Shown in pieces: positions 35,033 to 44,708 of a stretch of DNA of 64,000 nt. Under the pieces are notes generated by a model. That model saw only the letters and a list, made by a program, of their open reading frames with translations, did not search any database and was not told where the DNA came from. This DNA comes from an archaeon (GTDB lineage Archaea; Nanobdellota; Nanobdellia; Woesearchaeales; UBA9642). A program made the translations under genes and the position numbers. Location: positions 2,963 through 66,962 of the forward strand of contig JAZDHK010000016.1 in assembly GCA_043806035.1 (NCBI GenBank), in the 5' to 3' direction. Each line of letters starts with the position of its first letter. Position 1 is the first letter of the stretch.

Positions 35033-35846
35033 GCTGTTGTCTTTACGGGAGAGGTATAAAAACATTTCCAAAAACATTAAATACGTCATCATCGTCTTTT
35101 GCTTCGTGCAAAAGCATACAACCTTCCTCGAAGAGTGCAAGTTGGCTCTGCAAAACGATGCCACCCTCGTTCTGTGGGTGCGCTGTGAAATAATGTATAG
35201 TGGCCGTGCCGAAAGCCATTTGGCATCCGGAGATAGGCTCATCATCATCAAGAGCGACAAGACCATTCTCGTCCATCAACCGAAAGGGAGCTCGCCCATC
35301 AATTACATGAAGGCAGGATGCGAACACACACTTGAACCCGTCGAGGGGACGGATGCATTCATCCTGCACAGTAGACAGGGGAAGGAATACTTGGATGTGT
35401 TCATCGAGCAGGTGTATGACCTTTCCACGAAAAAGCTTGAAGATCATGCGACACTACAGTTGGTGGGGAGTGAACGGGACATGAGTGACATGCTGTATCA
35501 CAATCCTGAGCTTATCGAGAAAGGATTCACGCCATTGAGTAGAGAAGAGCACACCAAGTATGGATTCATTGACGTCTTTGGCTATGACAAAAAAGGCATT
35601 CTCGTCGTGGTCGAATGCAAAAGGTATATGGGGGATTTGGCAGCAGTCACCCAATTACGCAGATATGTTGAGAAGATAAAAGCATCGAAAGGGCTTGCTA
35701 CTGTACGCGGCATCCTTGCCTGTCCCGCAATAACACCGAATGCAAAAAAGATGCTCGAGGATTGGAAGTTCAGCTACGTGCACGTTCACCCCCCTAAATA
35801 TTTGGAGAAGCACCGCAAGAGTCAGATGAAACTCGGGGAATACTGA
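35031..35846 (+). CDS. nucS: endonuclease NucS / EndoMS
   Basis: N-terminal domain ATLVLWVRCEIMYSGRAESHLASGDRLIIIKSDKTILVHQP; C-terminal RecB-like nuclease motif GFIDVFGYDKKGILVVVECKR. Confidence 0.85.
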   Translation: MLLSLRERYKNISKNIKYVIIVFCFVQKHTTFLEECKLALQNDATLVLWVRCEIMYSGRAESHLASGDRLIIIKSDKTILVHQPKGSSPINYMKAGCEHTLEPVEGTDAFILHSRQGKEYLDVFIEQVYDLSTKKLEDHATLQLVGSERDMSDMLYHNPELIEKGFTPLSREEHTKYGFIDVFGYDKKGILVVVECKRYMGDLAAVTQLRRYVEKIKASKGLATVRGILACPAITPNAKKMLEDWKFSYVHVHPPKYLEKHRKSQMKLGEY

Positions 35847-35954
35847 TTTCTCTTATTGTTCGATAACGCAGAGGTATTGAACGAAATATTTTCGGAAAAA
35901 CAGTAGCAAAGCATATCTTTCCTTTCTTCATTCACCGTCCGAAGAGGTGAGTGC

Positions 35955-37370
35955 ATGATGCGTACATGTGCTAGCGTGCTGTTTAGCATATTTTTCATCA
36001 GTAGTGTAGTGTGTCTGTTGACGATTGACGTGCAGGCGAGGCCATCAAACAACAGTCCATATTTATTCGTACCCATTCATCCAGGGTGGCCGCAAACAAT
36101 AATAGGACAAGAGGATGTTTGGTTGGGGCTGGTTGCTCCTGTTTCTCAAGATTTTGATGGAGATGGGCGACAGGAGGTGTTCGTTGCCCTGCCCGGCATT
36201 CCTTCATCACAATTGTTCCTGTTCAGAGAGGATGGTTCTGTAGTGTGGCAGAGGAATGTGTCGTGCGTTATCGAACCGAGCAGCACACCTTCTGTGGGTG
36301 ATGTTGCATCGTTTGCTGGAGAGGAGATTATCTTTCCCTGCAGGAATTGGACGTCCGCTGTGCTCATCATCGGGAATGCCGGAGATGTAGTCGTGCAAGG
36401 AGTTCCGTTGAAACTGTCTGACACATCGTTTGGCGCGATTGTACTCAACGACATTGATCGCGATAGCAGGCTTGATCTCGTGTACGGAGGGGATAATGCT
36501 TCTGGCAGTTATCTCGTTGCAATGCGTGCAGATGGAAGTCTCTTATTAGGATTCCCTCTGTTTGTCGAGGGACCTTATTCAGAAGTGAACACGCCCGCAA
36601 TAGGCGATCTTCTTCAAGAAACCATAGTCGTCGTGTCCCGCCCCAACAACGCAGAGCCTGGCTCTCGGATACGTGCAGTTTCAACGAACGGCAGGATACT
36701 GTGGACGATCGACTATGCAGGATATCTTTTCGGTGATCCTGTCATTGCAGACGTCACCGGAGATGGGCTGAATGATGTTGTCGTCGCTTCGGAACAGAGT
36801 GTGCTTGTGCTGAACGGCACGGGCGATGTTGTTCGTGAAATTACATTAGGAGATTTTGCAATAAGTACACCGTTAGCAATTGCCGATCTGGATGCAGCAC
36901 CAGGTAAAGAAATCATTGTGGGACGCAATACTCAGCTATTCATCATTGCAAACCTTTCCGTGCAGCGTACGCTAGAACTGCAATCGTCCATCACGAGCGT
37001 TCCTGTCATCGGAGAAACAGATAATACTGGTCGAGAAGACATATTCGTAGTAGCGGGTAATGCAGTGTACGCAGTCACGTCTGAAGGCATGCTGCTTCGC
37101 GGATTTCCCTTGCCTCTTCCTTTCTTTTCTACAAGCGTTCCGAGCATCGCAGACCTGGATGGGAATGGTGCGCTTGAGCTTTTGCTGTCTTCTACCCGGA
37201 ATGGAGAGGAGCCATCTGCACGTATTTTCGTGTGGGACCTTCGTGGTGAACAGGCATCCTGGCCACACTATCAACAAAACATACGGCGGGCGGGGAGTAT
37301 CGATGATGCGGGAGGCAGTTCTCTGCCAAAACAAAAAATGTGCACTGCGCACGTGACTGCCGTTGACTGA
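35955..37370 (+). CDS. secreted FG-GAP / beta-propeller repeat protein
   Basis: Signal peptide; repeated Ca-binding-like D-x-D/N-x-D-G motifs (DFDGDGRQEVF, DIDRDSRLDLVYGG, DVTGDGLNDVVVAS, DLDGNGALELL) with FG-GAP spacing. Confidence 0.6.
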   Translation: MMRTCASVLFSIFFISSVVCLLTIDVQARPSNNSPYLFVPIHPGWPQTIIGQEDVWLGLVAPVSQDFDGDGRQEVFVALPGIPSSQLFLFREDGSVVWQRNVSCVIEPSSTPSVGDVASFAGEEIIFPCRNWTSAVLIIGNAGDVVVQGVPLKLSDTSFGAIVLNDIDRDSRLDLVYGGDNASGSYLVAMRADGSLLLGFPLFVEGPYSEVNTPAIGDLLQETIVVVSRPNNAEPGSRIRAVSTNGRILWTIDYAGYLFGDPVIADVTGDGLNDVVVASEQSVLVLNGTGDVVREITLGDFAISTPLAIADLDAAPGKEIIVGRNTQLFIIANLSVQRTLELQSSITSVPVIGETDNTGREDIFVVAGNAVYAVTSEGMLLRGFPLPLPFFSTSVPSIADLDGNGALELLLSSTRNGEEPSARIFVWDLRGEQASWPHYQQNIRRAGSIDDAGGSSLPKQKMCTAHVTAVD

Positions 37371-37399
37371 ATGACGAAAGAAATCTTTATAAACTGACG

Positions 37400-37669
37400 A
37401 TGCTTGTACGCAGAAGAGGTGAGCTCGTGTTCAAGGTCGCTCCGTTAAGTAGCAGTTTTATGATGGTGAGTCTCATAGGCTTTGTCATCAGTGCATTCAT
37501 GCTGGATACCTTTCCCACGTGGGCATTCACGCTCATGTTCTTCTTCGTACTCATGTTCATTTCCAGCATCGTCAGTATGAACCATGCGAAGATTGGCGTG
37601 CACGACCATCTTGAGGAGCTTGCCGTACATGACAAGCCGCACGGGTTAGGATATCATAAGAAGAAATGA
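37400..37669 (+). CDS. small membrane protein (hypothetical)
   Basis: Two hydrophobic helices, His-rich basic C-terminus; short and uncertain. Confidence 0.35.
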   Translation: MLVRRRGELVFKVAPLSSSFMMVSLIGFVISAFMLDTFPTWAFTLMFFFVLMFISSIVSMNHAKIGVHDHLEELAVHDKPHGLGYHKKK

Positions 37670-38974
37670 TTAGAAGTTTGTTTCTTTGATTGCCGTGGGT
37701 GCTGAGCCGCCATGCCACGTGAACCTTGGGCGTATGGCGATGGGGAAGAGTTTCTCATTGTTGTCGTCGAAGATGAGCGCTGCTCCGCTTATTCTGGGTA
37801 GGTCGTCGAGCTGCTGGACGAGGCCTTCGCGCATGTAGCTCTGCATCAACGCACCCAATGACTCCGTGTCTATCTTTGCCGTGATCCTGTGCGCAATAAC
37901 CGTGTCCGCTTGCGTCATGACGTCCGTGTGGATTTTTCCCGGCTGCTGCGTTGCCAGAATTAATGAAATGCCCGGCTGCCTGCCTTCTCGGAGGATGGTG
38001 ATGAGCGGCTCTGTGGCGAGCGTCTTGCCCTGGTTGGGTAGGAATTCGTGTGCCTCGTCGATGATCAACCACACCATGGGGAAGCTTTCCTGCTTCTCCT
38101 CCTCGCCAAAATAATTCACGGTTTTGTGTATTGCCTCGTATTCTTCGTCTTTCCTTGCGAGCATGCGCTGCACGAACAGTTTTTCTGCAACGAGTCCGAC
38201 GATAAGGTTTTTGATGTTCCACGAATTTTCAACGGTCGCATAGCAGGATAGATCGAGGACGGTTATTTGGCCTCCGCGGACGAGATCAGTCAGCGGTGTT
38301 CCTTTGTTGCTGAAGATGCCCCAGCGTGCTGCGGCCTGGAAGAGGTTGAGTGCTGACTGCTTGACGTGCTGTTCTTCTTTGTCATCAGCGGAGATGTTCT
38401 TGATGATGTCCTGCATCGTATAGGGATTGCCTGCGTCTTGCATGTCCTGAATGATTCGTTCGACAAAAACACCCACTGGTTCTGTTGTGCTCAGGCTGAA
38501 TGTACTGCACCAATCACTGCCCTCCAGCTCTGACGGTTGCAGGCTGAACGGGTAATCAGTGGGAATTCCTTTTTTCATGTACTCATCGTAATAGCCGCCT
38601 GGTGTGTAAATCTTGATGTCCAATCCTTTCGCATCGAGCCCCCATTCCTTGAGGAGTTGCTTGTCCTTCTGGTTGGGATATTTCATGGTCCAGTACACTC
38701 CCATGGTGTCGAGCAGGATGACAGATATGTTTTTCTTAATCTCAATAGGGACGTCAGCAACGCCTTCTGCAATGACGCCCATGGTGTAGCTCTTTCCAGA
38801 ACCTCGCTTGCCTACGACGAAGACGACATGGCTTCGTACCATGTCTAGGTAGACGTTGCTCGACAAAGAGGTAGTCATGCCCATCTTGACATAATGCCTG
38901 CCTAAGAACACAGCTCCTTTGAGACCGTATGCCTTCTTGTCTGCTTCTGTTCGGCCGATGACGATGTCGTACAT
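37670..38974 (-). CDS. HerA/FtsK-like P-loop ATPase (DUF87 family); start taken at MYDIVIGRT
   Basis: Walker A VVGKRGSGKSYT; Walker B WLIIDEAHEF; overall DUF87/HerA-like order of motifs. Confidence 0.55.
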   Translation of the reverse strand: MYDIVIGRTEADKKAYGLKGAVFLGRHYVKMGMTTSLSSNVYLDMVRSHVVFVVGKRGSGKSYTMGVIAEGVADVPIEIKKNISVILLDTMGVYWTMKYPNQKDKQLLKEWGLDAKGLDIKIYTPGGYYDEYMKKGIPTDYPFSLQPSELEGSDWCSTFSLSTTEPVGVFVERIIQDMQDAGNPYTMQDIIKNISADDKEEQHVKQSALNLFQAAARWGIFSNKGTPLTDLVRGGQITVLDLSCYATVENSWNIKNLIVGLVAEKLFVQRMLARKDEEYEAIHKTVNYFGEEEKQESFPMVWLIIDEAHEFLPNQGKTLATEPLITILREGRQPGISLILATQQPGKIHTDVMTQADTVIAHRITAKIDTESLGALMQSYMREGLVQQLDDLPRISGAALIFDDNNEKLFPIAIRPRFTWHGGSAPTAIKETNF

Positions 38975-39090
38975 GCTGTGCTTATGACGGGAGAGCTTTA
39001 AAAACTTATTGCTCCTTGTTGGGGAGTGACAAATCACAAACTTTAAATAACCTCAGCGAATACGAAACCGAGAGGTGAGGAGGGGGAGGC

Positions 39091-40446
39091 ATGGATTCTA
39101 CGTCCAAGAAAGATATAGACCACATCAACAAGCTTGCAAAGGCACAGAAAAGACCAAGTAAGGCTGTTCACAAAACACATCGGCGAAAAGTCGAGAAGAA
39201 AGAGCCAAAAAAGAAATCGCTCACGTGGCTGTGGATTGTACTTGGGGTTGTTGTCGTTGCCGTGGTCATCGCATTTATCTATTCGCAAGTACAGCAGCCT
39301 CCTGCTCCTTCGCAGAACACTGCTAAAATCGCTGCTATCGTGAATGGTGAGAAGATCATGCTAGATGATCTCCAAGACCAGTACGACCGACTGCCCGCTC
39401 AAATCAAGAGTCTGTACACGCTGTCAAGTTTCCTCAACCAGACCATAGAAGAAAAACTCCTCCTCCAGGAAGCAGCACGGCAGGACATCATAACGACTGA
39501 CGATCAGGTGCGGGAAGCACTTGATTCGTTCATCACGGAACGAGGGCTCACGCAAGCTGACCTTGAGGGATTGCTCGCACAACAAGGAGTAACGATGCAG
39601 TACTTCACGGATCTCATCAAGAAGCAACTCACTCTCACGGCGTTGTTCAACAAGACCATCTTCAACGAAATAACGGTGTCTGATGAAGATGTGCAAGCGT
39701 ATTATGATCGCAACAGCGCAGCGTTCGAAGCGCCGGAGCAAGTGACGGTGAAGCACATTCTTGTCAGCAATGCAACACAGGAAGAACCAGCTGCGCTTGT
39801 TGAGGAGCTCAAGGCAAACATCAGTGATGGCGCTGATTTCTGCACGCTTGTCACAGAATATACGGAAGATCCTGGAAGCAAGGACAAGTGTGGAGAGTAC
39901 ACCTTCCCTCGTGGCGTGATGGTTCCCGAATTCGAGGATGCAGCATTCTCGCTCGATGATGGCGACATGGCTATTGTGCAGACCCAGTTCGGCTACCATC
40001 TCATCTTGAAAGTGGAGACTATTGCAGCAAACCCTCGCCCCTTCTCTGAGGTCTCCGATGAAATAAAGAACCAGCTTACTCAAGAAAAAAGCCAACAGGC
40101 GTACATAGCGTACCTGGATGAGCTCAAAGCAAAGGCGAACATCCTCATCCTGCTGGATGAGGAGATAGTCAGCCCTGCAAAGCTTGCTGCGTGCCTTACT
40201 GCGCAAGGTGCAAAAATGTACGGTGCATACTGGTGCGGCCATTGTGCAAACCAGAAGGAACTCTTCGGAGATGCTGCACAAGATATGCCTTATGTGGAAT
40301 GCGCAATTGCAGAAAATCCCCAAGAACAGACGGATGCGTGCAAGGAAGCGGGCATCAGCGGCTATCCGACATGGATAATCAATGGGCAGAAGTATGAGGG
40401 CGAGCAATCGCTTGAGAGCCTCAAGAGCATCTCTGGTTGTGCGTAG
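39091..40446 (+). CDS. membrane-anchored SurA-like chaperone / parvulin PPIase fused to a C-terminal thioredoxin-like CxxC domain
   Basis: Basic N-terminus plus TM; PpiC domain (VKHILVSN...FGYHLILKV); C-terminal AKMYGAYWCGHCANQKELFG...GISGYPTWIINGQ resembles the Trx-like partner domain of VKOR proteins. Confidence 0.65.
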   Translation: MDSTSKKDIDHINKLAKAQKRPSKAVHKTHRRKVEKKEPKKKSLTWLWIVLGVVVVAVVIAFIYSQVQQPPAPSQNTAKIAAIVNGEKIMLDDLQDQYDRLPAQIKSLYTLSSFLNQTIEEKLLLQEAARQDIITTDDQVREALDSFITERGLTQADLEGLLAQQGVTMQYFTDLIKKQLTLTALFNKTIFNEITVSDEDVQAYYDRNSAAFEAPEQVTVKHILVSNATQEEPAALVEELKANISDGADFCTLVTEYTEDPGSKDKCGEYTFPRGVMVPEFEDAAFSLDDGDMAIVQTQFGYHLILKVETIAANPRPFSEVSDEIKNQLTQEKSQQAYIAYLDELKAKANILILLDEEIVSPAKLAACLTAQGAKMYGAYWCGHCANQKELFGDAAQDMPYVECAIAENPQEQTDACKEAGISGYPTWIINGQKYEGEQSLESLKSISGCA

Positions 40447-40475
40447 CACGCAAGATTTAAATACTTCAAACGGCG

Positions 40476-41129
40476 TTGGAAGAGAAAAGAGGGGAGAACT
40501 ACATGGGAATATTTGATAAAAGGAAGACGCCAGCACCACCTTCTGAATTACCTTTTACCCAAGTCAGAGCGATGAAAGCGCAAGGCTACACAAATAATCA
40601 GATCATTCAGTCACTGCAGCGAGATGGCTTCACTTCGAGCCAGATATTTGATGCACTCAATGGCGTCGAACAAGGTGCAGGACCTGTGGAGGAGCAACAA
40701 CCCATGGAACAACCTATGCCCGAATACCAACAATATGCTGAACCGCAACAACCCATGCCCCCTCCTCCCTTACAACAGCAGTATGCAGCCGCTGCACCCG
40801 CATCTGAGGATGTTGAGGAACTTGTAGAAACCATCATTGATGAGAAATGGAACGAGCTGGTAAAAGACATCAGCAAAATCATTGATTGGAAGAACAAGAC
40901 AGAGAACAGGATGACGCAGCTTGAGCAGCAATTCACTGACCTGAAGGCAGACTTTGATAAAGTGCATGCTGCAATTCTCGGCAAAATCGGCGAATATGAC
41001 AAGAACATACTCGAGGTGGGCGCTGAAATCAAGGCCATGGAGAAAGTGTTCTCAAAAGTGTTGCCGCAGTTCACAGATAATGTGAACGAGCTCTCAAGGA
41101 TTACGGAAAGTTTTAAGAAGAAACCTTAG
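40476..41129 (+). CDS. protein with one GY-x3-QI helical motif, Pro/Gln-rich linker and C-terminal coiled coil
   Basis: FTQVRAMKAQGYTNNQIIQSLQRDGFTSSQIFDAL matches the repeat unit of the 3677..4831 protein; PQQP-rich linker; heptad-like C-terminus. Confidence 0.5.
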   Translation: MEEKRGENYMGIFDKRKTPAPPSELPFTQVRAMKAQGYTNNQIIQSLQRDGFTSSQIFDALNGVEQGAGPVEEQQPMEQPMPEYQQYAEPQQPMPPPPLQQQYAAAAPASEDVEELVETIIDEKWNELVKDISKIIDWKNKTENRMTQLEQQFTDLKADFDKVHAAILGKIGEYDKNILEVGAEIKAMEKVFSKVLPQFTDNVNELSRITESFKKKP

Positions 41130-41737
41130 CCCATCTGCGATTTTGTCATGAAGACTATCGTGAATACTCCGACGAGCATGAGAAAGACGAACCCGAGAAC
41201 TTTCGGATGGAAGATTGCATCATAGACGTTTTCTCTATAGGTGTTGCCCGCAGAAACACTTTCGTTAGTGATAGAACCATCCCCTGCTGAAGCACTATCG
41301 CTTCCCGTAGTAGTGCTTGTTGTTGAACTTCCTCCTTTAGAAAGGAACTGCTGGCCAAAGACCGTTCCTAAGGCAATGACAACGAAGACGATGGCAAAGA
41401 CGATGATGAAGGTGTAAATGGTGGTGTCATGTTTTACTGCACTCAAGAAGTCTTTTTCCTTGAGCCCAAAAATGCCAAGGGTGAAAAGAATGAAAAAAAT
41501 GACAATGGCCATGATGAGAAACCAAGGTGCCAAAAAGCTGATGATGCCCACTGCGGGTTTGTAAACCACCGTAAGAATGGAAATGCAGAGAGCAATCATG
41601 GCATGCCAACCCTTGTTGGCCTTGTCGCTGAATGGCTTGACGTATTCTAGGAGAGCATAGACGAGAACGAAGGCGAAGAGGAACGTAAACATGACACTGA
41701 AGTAACCCGTCAGGCTGACGTCAATCGTTCCCGCCAT
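41126..41737 (-). CDS. membrane protein, paralog A of a tandem triplicated family
   Basis: About 200 aa, 4-5 TM helices, S/T-rich extracytoplasmic loop; N-terminus similar to the two upstream genes. Confidence 0.5.
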   Translation of the reverse strand: MAGTIDVSLTGYFSVMFTFLFAFVLVYALLEYVKPFSDKANKGWHAMIALCISILTVVYKPAVGIISFLAPWFLIMAIVIFFILFTLGIFGLKEKDFLSAVKHDTTIYTFIIVFAIVFVVIALGTVFGQQFLSKGGSSTTSTTTGSDSASAGDGSITNESVSAGNTYRENVYDAIFHPKVLGFVFLMLVGVFTIVFMTKSQMG

Positions 41738-41749
41738 TGCTCCACCTCT

Positions 41750-42358
41750 TTAGTCGTTTTTCTTGCCCATGACCTCGCCGAACGTATCCAAGAATGTTTT
41801 CTTCTTGTCCGTTTCCTTCTTCGGCTCTTTTGTCACGAACCAGATGACGATGGCAAATACCAAAATCACAACAACCAATGCTTGCGTGTCCGGATCTTCA
41901 AGGAAGTAAAGCCAATCTGGCATCCTCCCAAACCATCCCGCTGCACCACCAAACGTCACGAGTACGGTGATGATGGCGAAAAGCACTGCCCAGCCAGCAA
42001 GTCCTGTGCCTGCAAACTTGATCTCCCCACCAAAGACGCCGATGACGAGCAACAGCATGACGATGGCAACGACAACGATGCTGATGTTTGGCAGCGCCTG
42101 ATTGATGATGTTCACAACGTCTTGCTCAGGGGCATAATAGCCCATGACGTGTGGCACGACCACCGCAAGACCCATGATCAGGGCGATGATAACGTTGAAG
42201 TTTTTCTTGGGGGCCTTGTCCTTGTCCACACCAAGAATCTTTGTCTTCTGGAGCACTGCAAAGACGATGGTGAAAATAAGAACGAACGGCACCAAAACGT
42301 CCATGACTCCGAGGTTTCCTATTGTGTATAACGCGTCTACTAAGTACGCCATGTTCAC
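41750..42358 (-). CDS. membrane protein, paralog B of a tandem triplicated family
   Basis: N-terminus LGVMDVLVPFVLIFTIVFAVLQKTKILG and C-terminal KEPKKETDKKK tail shared with paralog C. Confidence 0.5.
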   Translation of the reverse strand: MNMAYLVDALYTIGNLGVMDVLVPFVLIFTIVFAVLQKTKILGVDKDKAPKKNFNVIIALIMGLAVVVPHVMGYYAPEQDVVNIINQALPNISIVVVAIVMLLLVIGVFGGEIKFAGTGLAGWAVLFAIITVLVTFGGAAGWFGRMPDWLYFLEDPDTQALVVVILVFAIVIWFVTKEPKKETDKKKTFLDTFGEVMGKKND

Positions 42359-42927
42359 TCACCTTCCTTCTTTTCCTCTTTCGCAGGTTCTTTTACAACA
42401 TAAAACATGACACCGACCATGACGATGACGAGCACGATGCTTGCAACTGCCGTGCTGCTCCAGTTGCTGATCAGATAATTGTACATGAGCTCAAGCCAGC
42501 CGAGGGCATTGAGGAATATCAGGATTATGCCTACAAACATGATGCCCATGAAGAGCTTGTAGTAGACACTATTTTTTTCGAGAAAGAATCCTTCTTTCGT
42601 CTGCTTGTGGAAACTTCCGGCGAGGAGCATGAATGCAAAGATGAGGATGAGCAGGAGCACGCCGTGCGCGAGTGCTTTGTTGATGACTGCCACGAGCTGA
42701 CTGCTCGCAACGACCAGGAATGCAAGGACGAATGCCGTCATGGCATTGAGGTTTTTTCTGGAATATTCCTTGTCGCCTATCTGCTCCGTTCCATAGACTC
42801 TGCTTTTCTCGAGAAAGGCAAAGACCAGAGTAAAAACAAGCAGGAAAGGTAACACTACATCGTATATTCCTAATTGTACAAAAAAGTCCAGGGCATTCCT
42901 GAACACGCTACCTTCCATATACGCCAT
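42355..42927 (-). CDS. membrane protein, paralog C of a tandem triplicated family; start taken at MAYMEGSVF
   Basis: N-terminus LGIYDVVLPFLLVFTLVFAFLEKSRVYG and C-terminal KEPAKEEKKEGE tail; TATA-like box upstream of the chosen start. Confidence 0.5.
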   Translation of the reverse strand: MAYMEGSVFRNALDFFVQLGIYDVVLPFLLVFTLVFAFLEKSRVYGTEQIGDKEYSRKNLNAMTAFVLAFLVVASSQLVAVINKALAHGVLLLILIFAFMLLAGSFHKQTKEGFFLEKNSVYYKLFMGIMFVGIILIFLNALGWLELMYNYLISNWSSTAVASIVLVIVMVGVMFYVVKEPAKEEKKEGE

Positions 42928-43049
42928 TCTTGCCCACCCGAGTATATAAAGCTTTTCTTTTTGTTGTCGAGGAGAATTTAATAAAAAAAGGAAAGGCAAC
43001 GCAAGTTTTATAAACGAAAAACATTCAGGACACAACAAGAAGGGGTGAG

Positions 43050-43772
43050 TTGTTGAGAATCCATCTTGCAAAACTTTTGAGAAATGGCAGAGCATTCTGG
43101 CTCGCCGCCGATGCTGGTAGTAGAGATGTAAGCCAAACATTCGACCTCAAAACGATCGAACCAAAATTCTTGCTTGACCTTGCACTGGAAGGGAGCTATA
43201 CGGGCATCGTGCTCAATCCGGGCATTGCAGAAAAGTATCATCATACCTACTTCAAGGATGTGTCGCTCATTGTTGCACTGAACCAAGGGGAATGGCATCT
43301 TGCAAGTGTTGAGCGTGCACTTAAGCTTGGCGCGCACGGCGTGCTGTACGATTTCGGCATGATTCCTGCACAGTGTCAGTTCTTAGCTTCAGTTGTTGAG
43401 AAAGCACATGATTATGGCCTTCCCGTAATAGCAAAGATGCAGCCTTCTCTCTCAACAGACGGCATGGCAAAGTCTGCACGGTTTGCGTTAGAGCTCGGCG
43501 TTGATGTTGTCGTACTCCCCCACCATTACGATTCGAAAGGGTTCGAATGGGTGGCAAAAAGTGCGGGAGTAGTCAAGATTGTTGTAGAGGCTCAAGGTGC
43601 TCCTCGGGATCTAGCAAGAGCTGCACATGAGGCAATGGCTGCAGGAGCTGCTGGCATCGTTGTTGGTAAGCAGGCCTGGCAGCACGAACAGCCATTCGTG
43701 TTCAGCAAGGCATTGCGTCGCATCGTTCTAGAACGCATTGACGTCGATGAAGCGTTGAAGGGCAACATTTAA
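43050..43772 (+). CDS. class I aldolase-like TIM-barrel protein (DeoC/FbaB/LacD family)
   Basis: 240 aa with alternating beta-alpha pattern, candidate Schiff-base Lys in PVIAKMQ, Gly-rich phosphate-binding C-terminus (AAGAAGIVVGK). Confidence 0.45.
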   Translation: MLRIHLAKLLRNGRAFWLAADAGSRDVSQTFDLKTIEPKFLLDLALEGSYTGIVLNPGIAEKYHHTYFKDVSLIVALNQGEWHLASVERALKLGAHGVLYDFGMIPAQCQFLASVVEKAHDYGLPVIAKMQPSLSTDGMAKSARFALELGVDVVVLPHHYDSKGFEWVAKSAGVVKIVVEAQGAPRDLARAAHEAMAAGAAGIVVGKQAWQHEQPFVFSKALRRIVLERIDVDEALKGNI

Positions 43773-43788
43773 AAACCATGCTTGTCCT

Positions 43789-44202
43789 GTGGCTAGCATG
43801 GAAGGTCACAGCGTTGAGGCAATCGTTGAGTTGATTCGCACGTTGCGCAAGGAGGTAGACGCATTCATTACCTGCATTGAACAGAACGATATTGCGGACA
43901 AGGAAGAAAAAGCAAACAACGTGTACGACACGCTCGTGCACCTGAAGACGGAAGCGGAACTGCAGATTAAGGCGCTCGATGATAAGCCGCAACTTTCTCC
44001 TGATGAAGGCAACATGAAAAAAGTATTGATTAGTATCAATGGCCACATAGGGACGCTGATTGATATTCTCGACGAAAATCCCAATCTCACCGATTACAAA
44101 GAGGGACTGCTGAAAACGGTCATCGACGACATCAATGAAGTGATCAGATCCATGAATGCTCTCGTGCTAGAGCACGAACAGCTCAAAAAGTATTTTTCGT
44201 GA
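43789..44202 (+). CDS. hypothetical coiled-coil protein
   Basis: 137 aa, helical, heptad-like. Confidence 0.4.
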   Translation: MASMEGHSVEAIVELIRTLRKEVDAFITCIEQNDIADKEEKANNVYDTLVHLKTEAELQIKALDDKPQLSPDEGNMKKVLISINGHIGTLIDILDENPNLTDYKEGLLKTVIDDINEVIRSMNALVLEHEQLKKYFS

Positions 44203-44659
44203 ACCTTGCCAGCACAGGAGAAACGGCACGGACATAGTCTCGCGGGTGGAGTCGTATGCTGTCATGATGCGTGCCCGCACTGAATACCACATAGTCTTTC
44301 GTGAGTAAGTCCTCATCCATGATGACCTGCATGCCAAAGAGCTGGCCAAAGGGAGGAACGCTACCTATGGTGCAGCCCGTTAATGCAAGTACCTCTTCCG
44401 GGCTGGCGAGTGCGACGTTCTTGACATCAAGAATTGTTTTCACCCGTTTCAGATCTGCGCGTTGCGCTCCGGAAAGAACTATTTGGACGAATGTGTTCTG
44501 GTCTGTTTTGAGCACGAGGGCCTTGGCAGCATTCTCTATGCTCGTCCCTCTTGTTCTGGCGGCGTCTTCAGATGTACGGACGTAGCCGTGCTGCAAGTGC
44601 TCATATGCGATATTGTGTTCGTTGAGCTTGTTTTTGATGTCGTCGAAGACTGCCATCAC
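44183..44659 (-). CDS. ybaK: YbaK/ProX-family aminoacyl-tRNA deacylase
   Basis: NAAKALVLKTD...GCTIGSVPPFG...VFSAGTHH matches the YbaK/EbsC editing-domain signature. Confidence 0.8.
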   Translation of the reverse strand: MMAVFDDIKNKLNEHNIAYEHLQHGYVRTSEDAARTRGTSIENAAKALVLKTDQNTFVQIVLSGAQRADLKRVKTILDVKNVALASPEEVLALTGCTIGSVPPFGQLFGMQVIMDEDLLTKDYVVFSAGTHHDSIRLHPRDYVRAVSPVLARFTKNTF

Positions 44660-44708
44660 TGACCACGAGACCGCTACCTTTTTATGCCTGTTGTTTTTTC
44701 ATGCAATC

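Noticed and set aside
39424-40539. 371-aa minus-strand ORF opposite the parvulin-thioredoxin gene
   Set aside because: The + strand product has two well-defined domains; the minus product is Leu/Arg/Cys-rich with no motif and would leave no space for a promoter.
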